DNA of 63,828 nucleotides, filler included, from Pirum gemmata (Eukaryota): NCBI GenBank assembly GCA_002812295.1. It is 26 parts of 26 records of this genome, joined end to end, with 100 filler letters (N's around TTAATTAATTAA, not from the genome) between each part and the next. Parts side by side here need not be neighbours in the genome. Positions count along the whole stretch, not along the records: positions 24,196 to 26,459 come from PDIN01007285.1; positions 26,560 to 29,720 come from PDIN01007286.1; positions 29,821 to 32,097 come from PDIN01007287.1; positions 32,198 to 34,424 come from PDIN01007288.1; positions 34,525 to 36,799 come from PDIN01007289.1; positions 36,900 to 39,151 come from PDIN01007290.1; 20 more parts are not named here. One strand, 5' to 3'. Shown piece by piece: positions 25,501 to 37,005 of this stretch (position 1 is its first letter; each line of letters starts with the position of its first letter). The notes under the pieces were generated by a model. It saw only the letters and a program-made list of their open reading frames with translations, ran no database searches and was not told where the DNA came from. The position numbers and the translations under genes were made by a program.

Positions 25501-26428
25501 AAATAATTATAGTTGTTTATACAAAAAACTTTTTTTTTTAAATATATATAATATTGTATATTTTTCAATACAATATGGGCATAGTAGATGTTTTATATAT
25601 ATTATTCAGAATCGAATTGACTGGTTATTTCACAGGGTTAGCTAGTTAGGTCTAGGAAATGCTTTTTTTTATTATGATAGGTTTTAATTAATAACGTAAC
25701 TCGAGGGGGGTTTTTTTTCTTTAGAAAAAAACCTAGAGAAAAAAACTTGTATTCTTTACTATCAACATATCATATAATTGGTCAATAATACATCATAATT
25801 AGCTGATAATCATAATGATTTATCATAATACTTATGTCTAGCTACTAGTATGCATAGTAGATACTTATCTTGAGAATTCTTATAAATTAGAAGTCAAACT
25901 AGAAATCTTCAACTACCACCGACAAAAGTGGCAAACAAGCTTTTAAAAGACTTTACTTTTTTAACAGTCTTAATTAACTTGGCTTTTTTTAACACTCTTT
26001 CAACTTGACTTTTTTAACAGTCTTTTAAAAAACTCATTCGATATCAAAAAGGTACTAAATCTTAATTCCAATTTACCGCAGGCTCGCAGCTCCACAACAT
26101 TCACACCAACGACCACAACAGCTACCACAACGCTATAATTTTAGACTAATAATCCTGAAAGGAACAAAAAAAAATAAAAAACCATATGATACTTCTACAC
26201 AAAAAGAACAACGTAACTGACTAGATTTTGGCTTTTATATTTGTGGTACTTCTATCATAGTGTAGTTCTCATGCTTGCTTCTAGCTAGCCTTCTATGAAT
26301 GAAAACAAAAGCCTATAGATCAAATCATTAATAATACTAGTAGAAAAATGACATCAGATTTGCAAAAAATGGTATTACATATCTGTATTTTTAGCAGTAT
26401 TTTCCTAACAGTATTTTCAGTGTATTTT

Positions 26429-26459
<31 letters not shown>

Positions 26460-27039
26460 NNNNNNNNNNNNNNNNNNNNNNNNNNNNNNNNNNNNNNNNN
26501 NNNTTAATTAATTAANNNNNNNNNNNNNNNNNNNNNNNNNNNNNNNNNNNNNNNNNNNNAAACTACTGAGCCGAATAAAAATAGAGACATCCGCCATATG
26601 AGCTCAAAATCCAAAAAATATCTCAAAATGACCCAATTTGGATAAAAATACTACCAAAATTTGAGAAATCTTTTATTTACTAATACTCTATTATGAACCA
26701 ATAGCTAGGTTTTCAAAAATAACTTGGCTGGTTATTATTGAAGGTTTTTTAGAAAAGAAGTCTAAAAAAAACTGATTTCTGCAGTTTTATCCGGCTTGGC
26801 TGTTAAAATAATAATAATAATAGACTATGATATAATAATAAAATAAAAATAATAGTGTAAAAATTAAATATACCCAAATTGAAAAAATTTAATAGTATTT
26901 ATATGTCATAGACTATTCTAAAAAATTAAATAAATAATGAATAATTTGTTTATTATAATATACGTGCGTATACTTTATATATTACATTTATACATGATAT
27001 TATATCGATTAATCTAAATATAAAGCAGCTTGTTTGTTA

Positions 27040-28700
27040 ATCATAACTAGTAGTTTAATTTCATTTAAAAACTATGGAGGTGCTCTTTAAAAATCGTGTC
27101 AATTCTCTTTCCGAAGCCCACGGATTTAGACCACACTTGGCAAAACCATCTCTAATGAAGAGATGGTTTTCATACTTTACCGATTAATCCCGTGATGTTA
27201 CGGTAAACTGCACCGACAATTCGCGTGAAACACTAATATTTCTAAGGTCTTCACCATTATCCCATGCTTCTTTGATTGACTTATAAAACTGGCTTTGTGA
27301 TCTAGATATTGCTCCTTAACTTTATGCTTGAGGAGCTTATAAAAATATTTATTATTACTTCACATGTACAAGTTTATATGATTAAGTATAGATAAATGAA
27401 AGTTTCATCTACCTCATCATTCCGTATTGCCTCCTTTATTTTTTTAGTATTTCGTAGAGCCATACATTTTCTAATGCTCTAGATCTGGGATAATTTGAGC
27501 TATTGACTTTGCACGAGTGGAAAATCCTGCTTCCTTTATATAGCTCTCGACACGCAATTTACAAAAATATATATATTTACTAAAAAAATCATTATCAACA
27601 TTAGCTCTAGTATATACATATATAATATATATGTAAGTTAAATTTACAAAAATATTATTACGGGATTGTGAACCGACAATTTTTACTAAGAAAATCATTA
27701 TCAACATTAGCTCTAGTATATATATATAAAGTTAAGTTTGCTCCTGTTAATGGGATAACCGCCGTCCCAACTACTTCTTAATTTGGCATGTATTAATATT
27801 ATTTTCTAACATCCTCATAATTTCTTTTTCTTTCGAATTCGTTAACATTACTATCGATTCTTTTTCTTTTAAAACATCCACGTACATACATTAATATTTT
27901 CCAACCTTTTGCTTTCTCGCAATCGCAACTTTCCTTCCTTCTAAATAATATTAAAAGAAATACTGGAATTTTTATCGTGACAAAGAACCATTTGCACTTT
28001 ACCCTTTTTCGTTTTATTACCTCAGAGTCTATACTTAACAGGAATATTAGTTATTATATATAAATAAATTTATAAGCTTCAGCAAAAAGAAGAGTTAGCA
28101 GTATTGAACTCATGTGTTTCCAACTACTATATTTAGAGCCCCAGTTCCCAAACGTGCTGTCGTTAATATTAAATGTTTTCGTTGTTATTAATATTAATAT
28201 TTAAAGCCCTGTTACTGTTGCCTAATGAAGGATGAAAAAAAAAGTACATTACATTGGGTTTATTCTTCCATGGGACATGTGTGTTTAATTAATACTTGTG
28301 AGGAATTATATCCATTTTTTATCTACCTAGTACTGAATTTCATCTTATTTTTCTGCATAAGATTCATATTAAGCTTCCCCGCGATCGCTTTATTCTGACT
28401 TATTACGTATATCTTTGAATCAACGTATTAATTAATATAATCAAATAAATTCTTTTTTTTCTTTTGTTTGGCTATGGAGTTCAACTGTTTTTTGGTTGCT
28501 CGCAATGATTTCACTACCTCTTTCATACTTTGTGTATTCTCTTATTAATAAGCTTTTTTATTTTTACCATTAATTATTTACTTTATTTTCACTGTTTTTC
28601 AGTTTGAGTTTGCTTCACTGTTTTTCAGTCTGGGGTTTTTTGCTTCATTGTTTTCCAGTTTGGGTTTGTTTGCTAGTGGAGATTTGTATGATGGGCACAG
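27040..28700 (-). pseudogene. Decayed coding sequence of unknown identity
   Basis: Protein-like fragments (KLRVESYIKEAGFSTRAKSIAQIIPDLEH; FIRDGFAKCGLNPWASERELTRFLK) broken by many stops and frameshifts; internal duplication at 27585-27720. Confidence 0.4.
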
Positions 28701-28802
28701 GTCTATATTAATATAAATATTGATATTACAGAAGTATATATGGATGGTGGATCACCAAGTATGGGTTTCTTATAAAGGTTAGTGTAAATATATTTATTAT
28801 TA

Positions 28803-28844
<42 letters not shown>

Positions 28845-28929
28845 ATTATTATTNNNNNNNNNNATTATTATTATTATTATTATTATTATCAGTAGTTTAA
28901 AAAGAAAAGAAGAAAAATAATATGTATAC

Positions 28930-29642
28930 CTTTTGTTTGTGTGCGTGCATTCGAGTCATGCGGACTAGATACCGGGGTTGTTAGAATTATGCTTTCGGGA
29001 GTTAATAGCTCATAATTATGATTATTACTATTATTATTATTATTATTATTGTTATTGTTATTGTTATTATTATTGCTATTGGTATTGGTATTGTTATTGC
29101 TATTGTTATTGTTATTGTTATTGTTATTGTTATTGTTATTGTTATTGTTATTGTTATTGTTATCATTGTTATTATTGTTGTTGTTGTTATTGTTGTTATT
29201 GAGAGAAGACATTATTACTTTTAATTCGATATCTTGAAGGTTGAAAAATGGAGATTCAAAATTCAAAATTTGTTCAATGTTCTCATTTTTATTGTTATTG
29301 TTATCATTATCATTATTACTATTATTATTATTATCTTTATTATTGTTGCTGTGGTTGTGGTTGTGATTATTATTATTATTATTATACATTTTTATAATAG
29401 CACTGCTCTTATTTTTATTGCTGCTGTTGCTGTTATTCTTATTACTTTTACTATCATTACTGTTTTTATTGTTGTTGTTATTATTATCGTTGTTGTTGTT
29501 AACAACTGTTGTTTGTTTTAAAATGTGAATAGCTTTGATTAGTCGACATCGAAGCCTCATTGATTCAATTTCTAATTCTTCTTTTAATAAAGAATAATTC
29601 AAATCAATTAAAACACTACCGTCTACATCAGCGCTCTCAAAT
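28930..29642 (-). CDS. Exon encoding a SAM domain followed by poly-Asn low complexity
   Basis: FESADVDGSVLIDLNYSLLKEELEIESMRLRCRLIKAIHILKQ fits the SAM consensus; acceptor tttag| and donor G|gtatac. Confidence 0.7.
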
Positions 29643-30308
29643 CTAAATATCAATAAATATTAGCGAAATACTAATGATTAATAATAATAATAATAATAAT
29701 AATTATTATTATTATTATTANNNNNNNNNNNNNNNNNNNNNNNNNNNNNNNNNNNNNNNNNNNNTTAATTAATTAANNNNNNNNNNNNNNNNNNNNNNNN
29801 NNNNNNNNNNNNNNNNNNNNTTTTTTTTTTTTTATTTTATTTTTTTTTTTATTATGATAATAATTATTATTGTTTTATTGTAGTCTAATGTAGTCTATCG
29901 ATGAAATAAACAATTGCAACAAAATAAAATAATAATAATTATTATTATTAATTTTATAACAATTTAATTGAAATGCAATGAGTTTTCACAGAGTTTTCAC
30001 TTATTAGATTAAATCATAATTTGGTAGTTTGAATTTTTTTATTTTTTACAAATAATCTACAAAAACAAAACCAAAACATAAAAGAAAAGTTAGTCTACAA
30101 TATTAAAAAACAAACAAGCATTTTGAAAAAAGCAAACAAGCAAACAAACAAAAAAACTATATAAAAAAAAACATTATATATAAGCAAGAACGTATAGGCA
30201 TTATTTTATAAAAGACAAAAGCAGAAACTAAAGACAACTCAACCCAACAAAACAAAACAAAACAAATTTTAATCATAATAACAAATTAAAAAACAAATTT
30301 TAATAAAC

Positions 30309-30713
30309 ATGCAATTCTACAAAGTATCAAGCGTAATTAGTATGGCTTTTTTATTAGTCATGACTTTTACAATTACTCCACCTACCATCGGGTCTGATAC
30401 TAACTGTGCGCAAAATGGCCAAACATGTCACACAACTAATGTTTATCCTTGTTGCTCTGTTGCTTATTACTGTAAGGTAACTGGGGGAGATGGGTCAACT
30501 AAAGGAAAATGTGTACCTAATCTTGGTCGTAGAAGTATGAGAAGAAGAAGACAAGAAGCTGAAATACAAACTGAAGAACTTGAAGCCCCTAAGCCTTGTA
30601 TGTTGTATGGTAGTATATGTAATAAAACTACTGAGAAAGATTGCTGTGATAAAACTTGCTTAATACCACAAGGCATGACACAAGGAGTTTGCGATAAAGC
30701 TCCTATCAATTAA
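30309..30713 (+). CDS. Secreted precursor with two inhibitor-cystine-knot (knottin)-pattern domains
   Basis: Signal-peptide-like N-terminus; two C-C-CC-C-C units separated by GRRSMRRRR and an acidic spacer; intronless; A-rich leader with TATA-like elements. Confidence 0.85.
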   Translation: MQFYKVSSVISMAFLLVMTFTITPPTIGSDTNCAQNGQTCHTTNVYPCCSVAYYCKVTGGDGSTKGKCVPNLGRRSMRRRRQEAEIQTEELEAPKPCMLYGSICNKTTEKDCCDKTCLIPQGMTQGVCDKAPIN

Positions 30714-30725
30714 TAATAATAAAGC

Positions 30726-30771
<46 letters not shown>

Positions 30772-30785
30772 GTAATAGTAATAAT

Positions 30786-30954
30786 AGCATATGTAATAAA
30801 ACTAGGGAAAAAGATTGCTGGGTGAAACTTGTGTGATACTACAAGCCAAGACACAAGGAACCAGTGAGAAAGATTACTGTGATAAAATTTGTTAATTAAA
30901 TACCACAGAAAAGAAAGACACAAGGACTTTGTGATAAAACTCCAATCAATTAAT
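30786..30954 (+). repeat. Two decayed partial duplicates of knottin domain 2 and its stop codon
   Basis: ATATGTAATAAAACTA..GAAAAAGATTGCTG...GACACAAGGA and GAGAAAGATTACTGTGATAAAA...TGTGATAAAACTCCAATCAATTAATAA mirror 30615-30716. Confidence 0.8.
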
Positions 30955-31098
30955 AAAATGATATTATTATTATTACACTATTATTACATTATTTTAAAAA
31001 TACAATTTCAAGAAAGTAATTTAATTTACTATTGTTTTTCAGATTAATGATACTGATAATGATAATGATAATGATAATGATAATGATGATGGTAATAC

Positions 31099-31423
31099 TG
31101 TTTGTTGTTTGTTGTTTGTTGTTTGTTGTTTGTTGTTTGTTGTTTGTTGTTTGTTGTTTGTTATTTGTTGTTTGTTGTTTGTTGTTTGTTGTTTGTTGTT
31201 TGTTGTTTGTTNNNNNNNNNNNNNNNNNNNNNNNNNNNNNNNNNNNNNNNNNNNNNNNNNNNNNNNNNNNNNNNNNNNNNNNNNNNNNNNNNNNNNNNNN
31301 NNNNNNNNNNNNNTTGTTGTTTGTTGTTTGTTGTTTGTTGTTTGTTGTTTGTTGTTTGTTGTTTGTTGTTTGTTGTTTGTTGTTTGTTGTTTGTTGTTTG
31401 TTGTTTGTTGTTTGTTGTTTGTT
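31099..31423. repeat. Heptamer microsatellite (TTGTTTG)n
   Basis: Direct reading; source of the spurious LFVVCC ORFs. Confidence 0.95.
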
Positions 31424-31537
31424 TTAAAAGTAAAGCAGATATTTTAATCTTCTCTTAAAAAGAAGAATTCGAATCTCAGCTAAGATATATTATATATATC
31501 GATTTATAAAGGTCACTTTTAATTAATAAAAGGTTGG

Positions 31538-31569
<32 letters not shown>

Positions 31570-31640
31570 CATCATCATCATCCTCATCATCATCATCATC
31601 ATCATCAATATCATCAACATCCTCATCATCCTCATCATCC

Positions 31641-31675
<35 letters not shown>

Positions 31676-31951
31676 TTCTTCATCATCTATTAATAATATA
31701 GTCTTTTTTTGTTTTAGTTGTCCCTCTAACCTTTGATATCGGGACCCAAAAAAGCTGTGTTAGGGTTAGGTTTAGGGGTTAGGGTTAGGGTTAGGGTTAG
31801 GGTTAGGGTTAGGGTTAGGATTAGGATTAGGATTAGGGTTAGGGTTAGGGTTAGGGTTAGGATTAGGATTATTATCATTATAATAATAATATTACTATTA
31901 TCATTATTATTATTAATATTATATTATCAACATCTACAATAAAACAATAAT

Positions 31952-31985
<34 letters not shown>

Positions 31986-32016
31986 ACAACAGTAGATAAA
32001 AAAATAATAATATTAA

Positions 32017-32097
32017 TGTCGTCCGGCGGCTCGAAGTACCCTCGAGCCGAGTTCGGTTCGTTATATAAATACTCGAGATATAGACCCGATAATATGT
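32017..32097 (+). mobile_element. Putative LTR 5' end, identical to 9309-9389
   Basis: 81-bp identity starting at TG and ending at the contig end. Confidence 0.55.
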
Positions 32098-32262
32098 NNN
32101 NNNNNNNNNNNNNNNNNNNNNNNNNNNNNNNNNNNNNNNNNTTAATTAATTAANNNNNNNNNNNNNNNNNNNNNNNNNNNNNNNNNNNNNNNNNNNNCAC
32201 TAACCCTAACCCTAACCCTAACCCTAACCCTAACCTTAACCCTAACCTTAATTAAAAAACAG

Positions 32263-32492
32263 GTGCAAATCATGTTGAAAATTGTAAAGAAACTCGAGAA
32301 GAATTTATGGCATTAATCAAAGCGCCTCCGACCCGAAGAGTTCGTAGAACTAATGATACTCGAGCACCTCCCAACCGCATTCAACCTACCAAAGTACACC
32401 CTGCAAACGTTAAAAACTACCCACATTTATTAGAAAAGCATCCAGAATTAGCAGATTATCACGGTCCTTCCTCGGAATTTGGTCGGAAATAA
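32263..32492 (+). CDS. Last exon, probably mitochondrial complex I subunit NDUFB10-like
   Basis: Acceptor aacag| then GANHVENCKETREEFMALIK, resembling the NDUFB10 family GVNHxxxCxxLxExY motif; upstream intron contains (CCCTAA)n. Confidence 0.5.
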
Positions 32493-32699
32493 TAATGAAT
32501 CGGGGTCGAAATAATAATAATAATAATAATAAAAACGATTAACAAATAATTTTTTATTGTTTGTATTATTTTATTATTAATAATAATGGTTTTTTATAAT
32601 TTATTTTCTTTTTTTATATAGTTTTATTTTTTATTCCTTTTTTTGTTTGTTTGTTTTTATTGAGTGTTTTTATTTATTTATTTTTGTTTGTTGGTTTGT

Positions 32700-33162
32700 T
32701 TGTTTTTACCATAATCATCATTATCATCATCATTCATTATCTTCATCATCATCATTATCAATAATAATATTATTTTCATCATCACCATCATCGCATTGTC
32801 ATTTTCATTATCATTATCATTGTAAATAAGACTGTATTATTTTTTATTGGGTATATCATCATCATCATCATCATTATAATTATCATTATCATTATTATTA
32901 TTATCATAATGATTAATATCAGTACCATCATCATCATCACCATCATCATTATTATTATTATTATTATTATTATTCATTATCTTCATCATCATTATCAATA
33001 ATATTATTATATTCATCATCACCATCATTGCATTGTCATTATCATTATCATTATCATTGTAAATAAGACTGTTTTATTTTTTATTGGGTATATCATCATC
33101 ATCATTATCATTATAATTAACTTAATCATTATTATTATTATCATAATGATTAATATCGGTAC

Positions 33163-33198
<36 letters not shown>

Positions 33199-33321
33199 TT
33201 CATTATCTTCATCATCATTATTATTTTCATCATCACCATCATCGCATTGTCATTTTCATTTTTAATTATCATTGTAAATAAGACTGTGTTTTTTTTATTT
33301 AATGGGTATATCATCATCATC

Positions 33322-33358
<37 letters not shown>

Positions 33359-34171
33359 CCATAATGATCAACATCAGTACCATCATCATTCATTCATTGT
33401 CTTCATCATCATTATCAATAATATTATTATTTTCACCATCACCATCATCGTATTGTCATTATCATTATCATTATCATTCGCGGGGTATATCATCATCATC
33501 ATTATCATTATAATTATCATTATCATTATTATTATTACCATAATGATCAACATCAGTACCATCATCATCATCATCATCATCATCATCGTCACCATCATCA
33601 TTCATTATCTTCATCATCATTCATTCATTATCTTCACCATCATTATCAATACTATTATTATTTTCATCATCACCACCATCGCATTGTCGTTTTCATTATC
33701 ATTATCATTGTAAATAAGACTCTTGTTTTATTTTTTATTGAGTATATCATCATCATTATCATTATAACTATTATCAGTATTATTATTATCATAATGATCA
33801 ATATCAGTACCATCGTCATCATCATCACCACCACCATCATCATCATTCATTACTTTTATCATCATTAGCTCTATGTCGGTTATAATGTATAAAGCACGTG
33901 ACCTAACTATCACCATCATTCTATTATCATTATCATTATCATTATCATTGTAAATAAGACTGTTTTATCTTTTATTGGGTACATCATCATCGTCATCATT
34001 ATCATTAACATTATCATTATCATTATCATAATTATTAATATCAGTACCATTATCTTCATCATCATCATTCATTATCTTCATCATCATCATTCATTATCTT
34101 CATCATCATCAATATCAATAATAATAATTTGATCATCACCATCATCACATTACCATTGCTATATATCATTA
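32700..34171 (-). repeat. Tandem array of about 6-7 units (about 200-240 bp) reiterating the last codons, stop and (GAT)n-rich 3' flank of the 34172-34333 exon
   Basis: Anchor TTGTAAATAAGA (reverse complement TCTTATTTACAA = SYLQ, then stop) at about 32820, 33057, 33271, 33708, 33948 and in the gene at 34175; fixed GGGTATATC and ATCAGTACC sub-anchors. Confidence 0.85.
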
Positions 34172-34333
34172 TTATTGTAAATAAGAATGTCTTCTCTCTT
34201 TAATTTTGTCAGTATAGATGTCGGAGGGTATATAATCTGGTTGCTCGTACAAGTTCACAATTTCGAGCCATTTATAATTAACATAAGATTCATCACTACT
34301 CGAATAATATATTTTTCGAGAGCAAAGGAAAAT
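34172..34333 (-). CDS. Last exon of an unknown gene
   Basis: Acceptor aatag| then IFLCSRKIYYSSSDESYVNYKWLEIVNLYEQPDYIPSDIYTDKIKERRHSYLQ* (54 codons including the stop); not in the ORF track. Confidence 0.55.
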   Translation of the reverse strand: MFLCSRKIYYSSSDESYVNYKWLEIVNLYEQPDYIPSDIYTDKIKERRHSYLQ

Positions 34334-34393
34334 CTATTATACAACAAGAATAAATATATATATATACAAAATAATAAATAGATAATATACAAA

Positions 34394-34424
<31 letters not shown>

Positions 34425-34793
34425 NNNNNNNNNNNNNNNNNNNNNNNNNNNNNNNNNNNNNNNNNNNNTTAATTAATTAANNNNNNNNNNNNNNNNNNNN
34501 NNNNNNNNNNNNNNNNNNNNNNNNACACACACACACACCCACACCCACACCCACACCCACATCCTTCCTTTCTCTAGATCTCTTTTAAAAGTAGACTATC
34601 AGAAGATTCAGAACTGGTTCGGGGTATCTTTCTGACTTCTTTCTGAGATTCGGGCAACTTGAATTGAACTTCGGGGTCTTTTGGGGGAATATTCATAAGT
34701 CTAAATAAAGTTTTTAAAAAACTAAATAAATTTCTAATGTATATTTAATAAACCCCCCCTCTATATTTTCTATAATAATAATTATTAATTAAA

Positions 34794-36207
34794 GTGCTTT
34801 CCAGTTGTTTTGTCATCATAAAATAAACAATAAATAGTACAAAATTAATGTAATATAAATCCATTTCATTTATTTTGGTATATTTTATTATCTATTTATT
34901 CATTTATTAATAAAAATGTAAATTTAAGTATTATTAAACGGGTATATAGTAAGTTTAAAAGCCGCTGGTATTATTGGTTATGGAGAAATAGCACAAACGA
35001 TTCTTCCAAAAATAACAAACAAATTTGCAAGTAAATATTCAGATTGACAAAACAAATGAAAAGCACAATATAATTAATATAATGTTAACAAATGAACTCA
35101 TGATAATCCTGCTTGTCATTGATATTTATTTTGTCATAGATTATTTATTTTGGTAATTTTAAGTTTATAAACGTGGTTATTTTAAAATAGATTGAAATAT
35201 AAATTATTAAACACACTAAGTTAATTAAATTGTATCAAATAAATTTGATATAGTATTTTAACTTGTTATTTATTACTGCGTATTCTATTATGACAAAATA
35301 ATTTTATCACTCCAAATATTTATTTGGTTGGTTATGATATTTAAATTGACTTTTTTAAATGAATAAAATAGATAATAAAATATACCAAATCAAATGAAAT
35401 GGATTGATATTGTATTAAAATTTTATTGGTATTAATACTCTTTTTTGTATGAATCATAGCACAACTGGAGTGACTCAGTAAATTATTTATGAAAGAGTAC
35501 ATCATCACCACCACCTATTGTACCTACCTACCTTATATCTTTAGGATTGTGTTTTTCAATAGTGTTGTTCAGTCCAAATTATTATTATCAGACATGTTTT
35601 AATTAAAATTTGGTACTTTATACTTAATGTTGTATTTTATAAACAAGTTCAATTATACACTTAAACAATACCAAATTAAAGATTGAGAGGGGCATGTAAA
35701 ACTGTAATGAAATAGACGATGGCTCAGTGAAATGCGTCAGTGTGACTCTATCATAAATTTATATGAAATTAAAGAGTTTTAATAATAATCTTGCTTTTCA
35801 GTTGTTTTGTCATCATAAACTATATAATAAAGAGTACCAAATTAATACAATATAAATCCATTTCATTTAATTTGGTATATTTTATTATCTATTTATTCAT
35901 TTAAAAATGTCACTTTTAAAGGTTATAAACCACCAAATAAATATTCAGAGTGAAAAGCGTAATAGATCACCACGGTGACACCACCACCACCTACCTATCT
36001 ATCTATTATGTATTGGTTGTGTAGTTTAGTTGTTTTGTCATCACAAATTTTAAATATAAAATAAATAGTGCCAAAATAATACAATATAAATCCATTTCAT
36101 TTAATTTTGGTATATTTTATTATCTATGTATTGATTTAAAAATGTCAATTTAAATATTATAACCCTCCAAATAAAATATTCAGAGTAACAAAATAAATGA
36201 AAAGCAC
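34794..36207. mobile_element. Cluster of four family A MITE copies (about 34794-35066, 35300-35460 inverted, 35792-35958, 36025-36207) plus one family B copy (35552-35720)
   Basis: Repeated family A core in both orientations. Confidence 0.75.
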
Positions 36208-36239
36208 GATAATTGACCTGTAATTATGATATATTATAA

Positions 36240-36418
36240 GGGAACATTCATATAAAGGACTTCACTTATTCTTTGATAGAAGTCATTGCCCGAAAGTATG
36301 ACTTAAAACTGTTTTAGGCAGTAATTAATTATTAAAATGAACTTTAAAAGTATGACCAAAATTGTTTTGGGCAAAGAGGCATAGGTAAGATTAGGTGACG
36401 TCCTTCATGGATGATTCC
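36240..36418. mobile_element. PIF/Harbinger-like MITE (family E); other copies 56257-56441 and partial inverted about 63081-63258
   Basis: Imperfect TIR GGGAACATTCATATAAAGGACTTCAC / GTGACGTCCTTCATGGATGATTCC, flanked by TAA on both sides (3-bp TSD typical of Harbinger). Confidence 0.7.
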
Positions 36419-37005
36419 TAAGCCATCGATATAATATCATATATATCTACAGAGATTCTACACCTTTATTTATTATGTTTTTATAAATATTATTATTAAT
36501 TATTAATAATAAGGTCAGGGTTAGGGTTAGGGTTAGGTTAGGTTTAGGTTTAGGTTTAGGTTTAGGTTTAGTTTAAGGTTAGGCTTAGGCTTAGGGTTGG
36601 GTATCATAATAATATACTGTCCACACAATAGCAACGACAACGACAACCGCAATCACAACCCCTAAATTACAAAAACGACAATGTAATACAACACCAACAA
36701 GCGAATATTTTTATATTTTAATATTATATATATTATTTTTTAATTTAAAAAATTAAAAAAAAAAGTGGGGTTTTGATTCTGTATTTTTTTTTTTGTTGTN
36801 NNNNNNNNNNNNNNNNNNNNNNNNNNNNNNNNNNNNNNNNNNNTTAATTAATTAANNNNNNNNNNNNNNNNNNNNNNNNNNNNNNNNNNNNNNNNNNNNA
36901 ATAAATAATAATAATAATAATAAAAAAGACAAATAAATAAAATTATTAAAAAATTATTAAAATTTATTTTTATTATTATTATTTATTATTTTATTTTTAA
37001 AGCAA

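Noticed and set aside
27040..28700. Alternative genetic code (stop reassignment) to explain in-frame stops
   Set aside because: Intact genes in the window read long frames with the standard code and end in TAA, TAG or TGA; the broken regions also contain frameshifts
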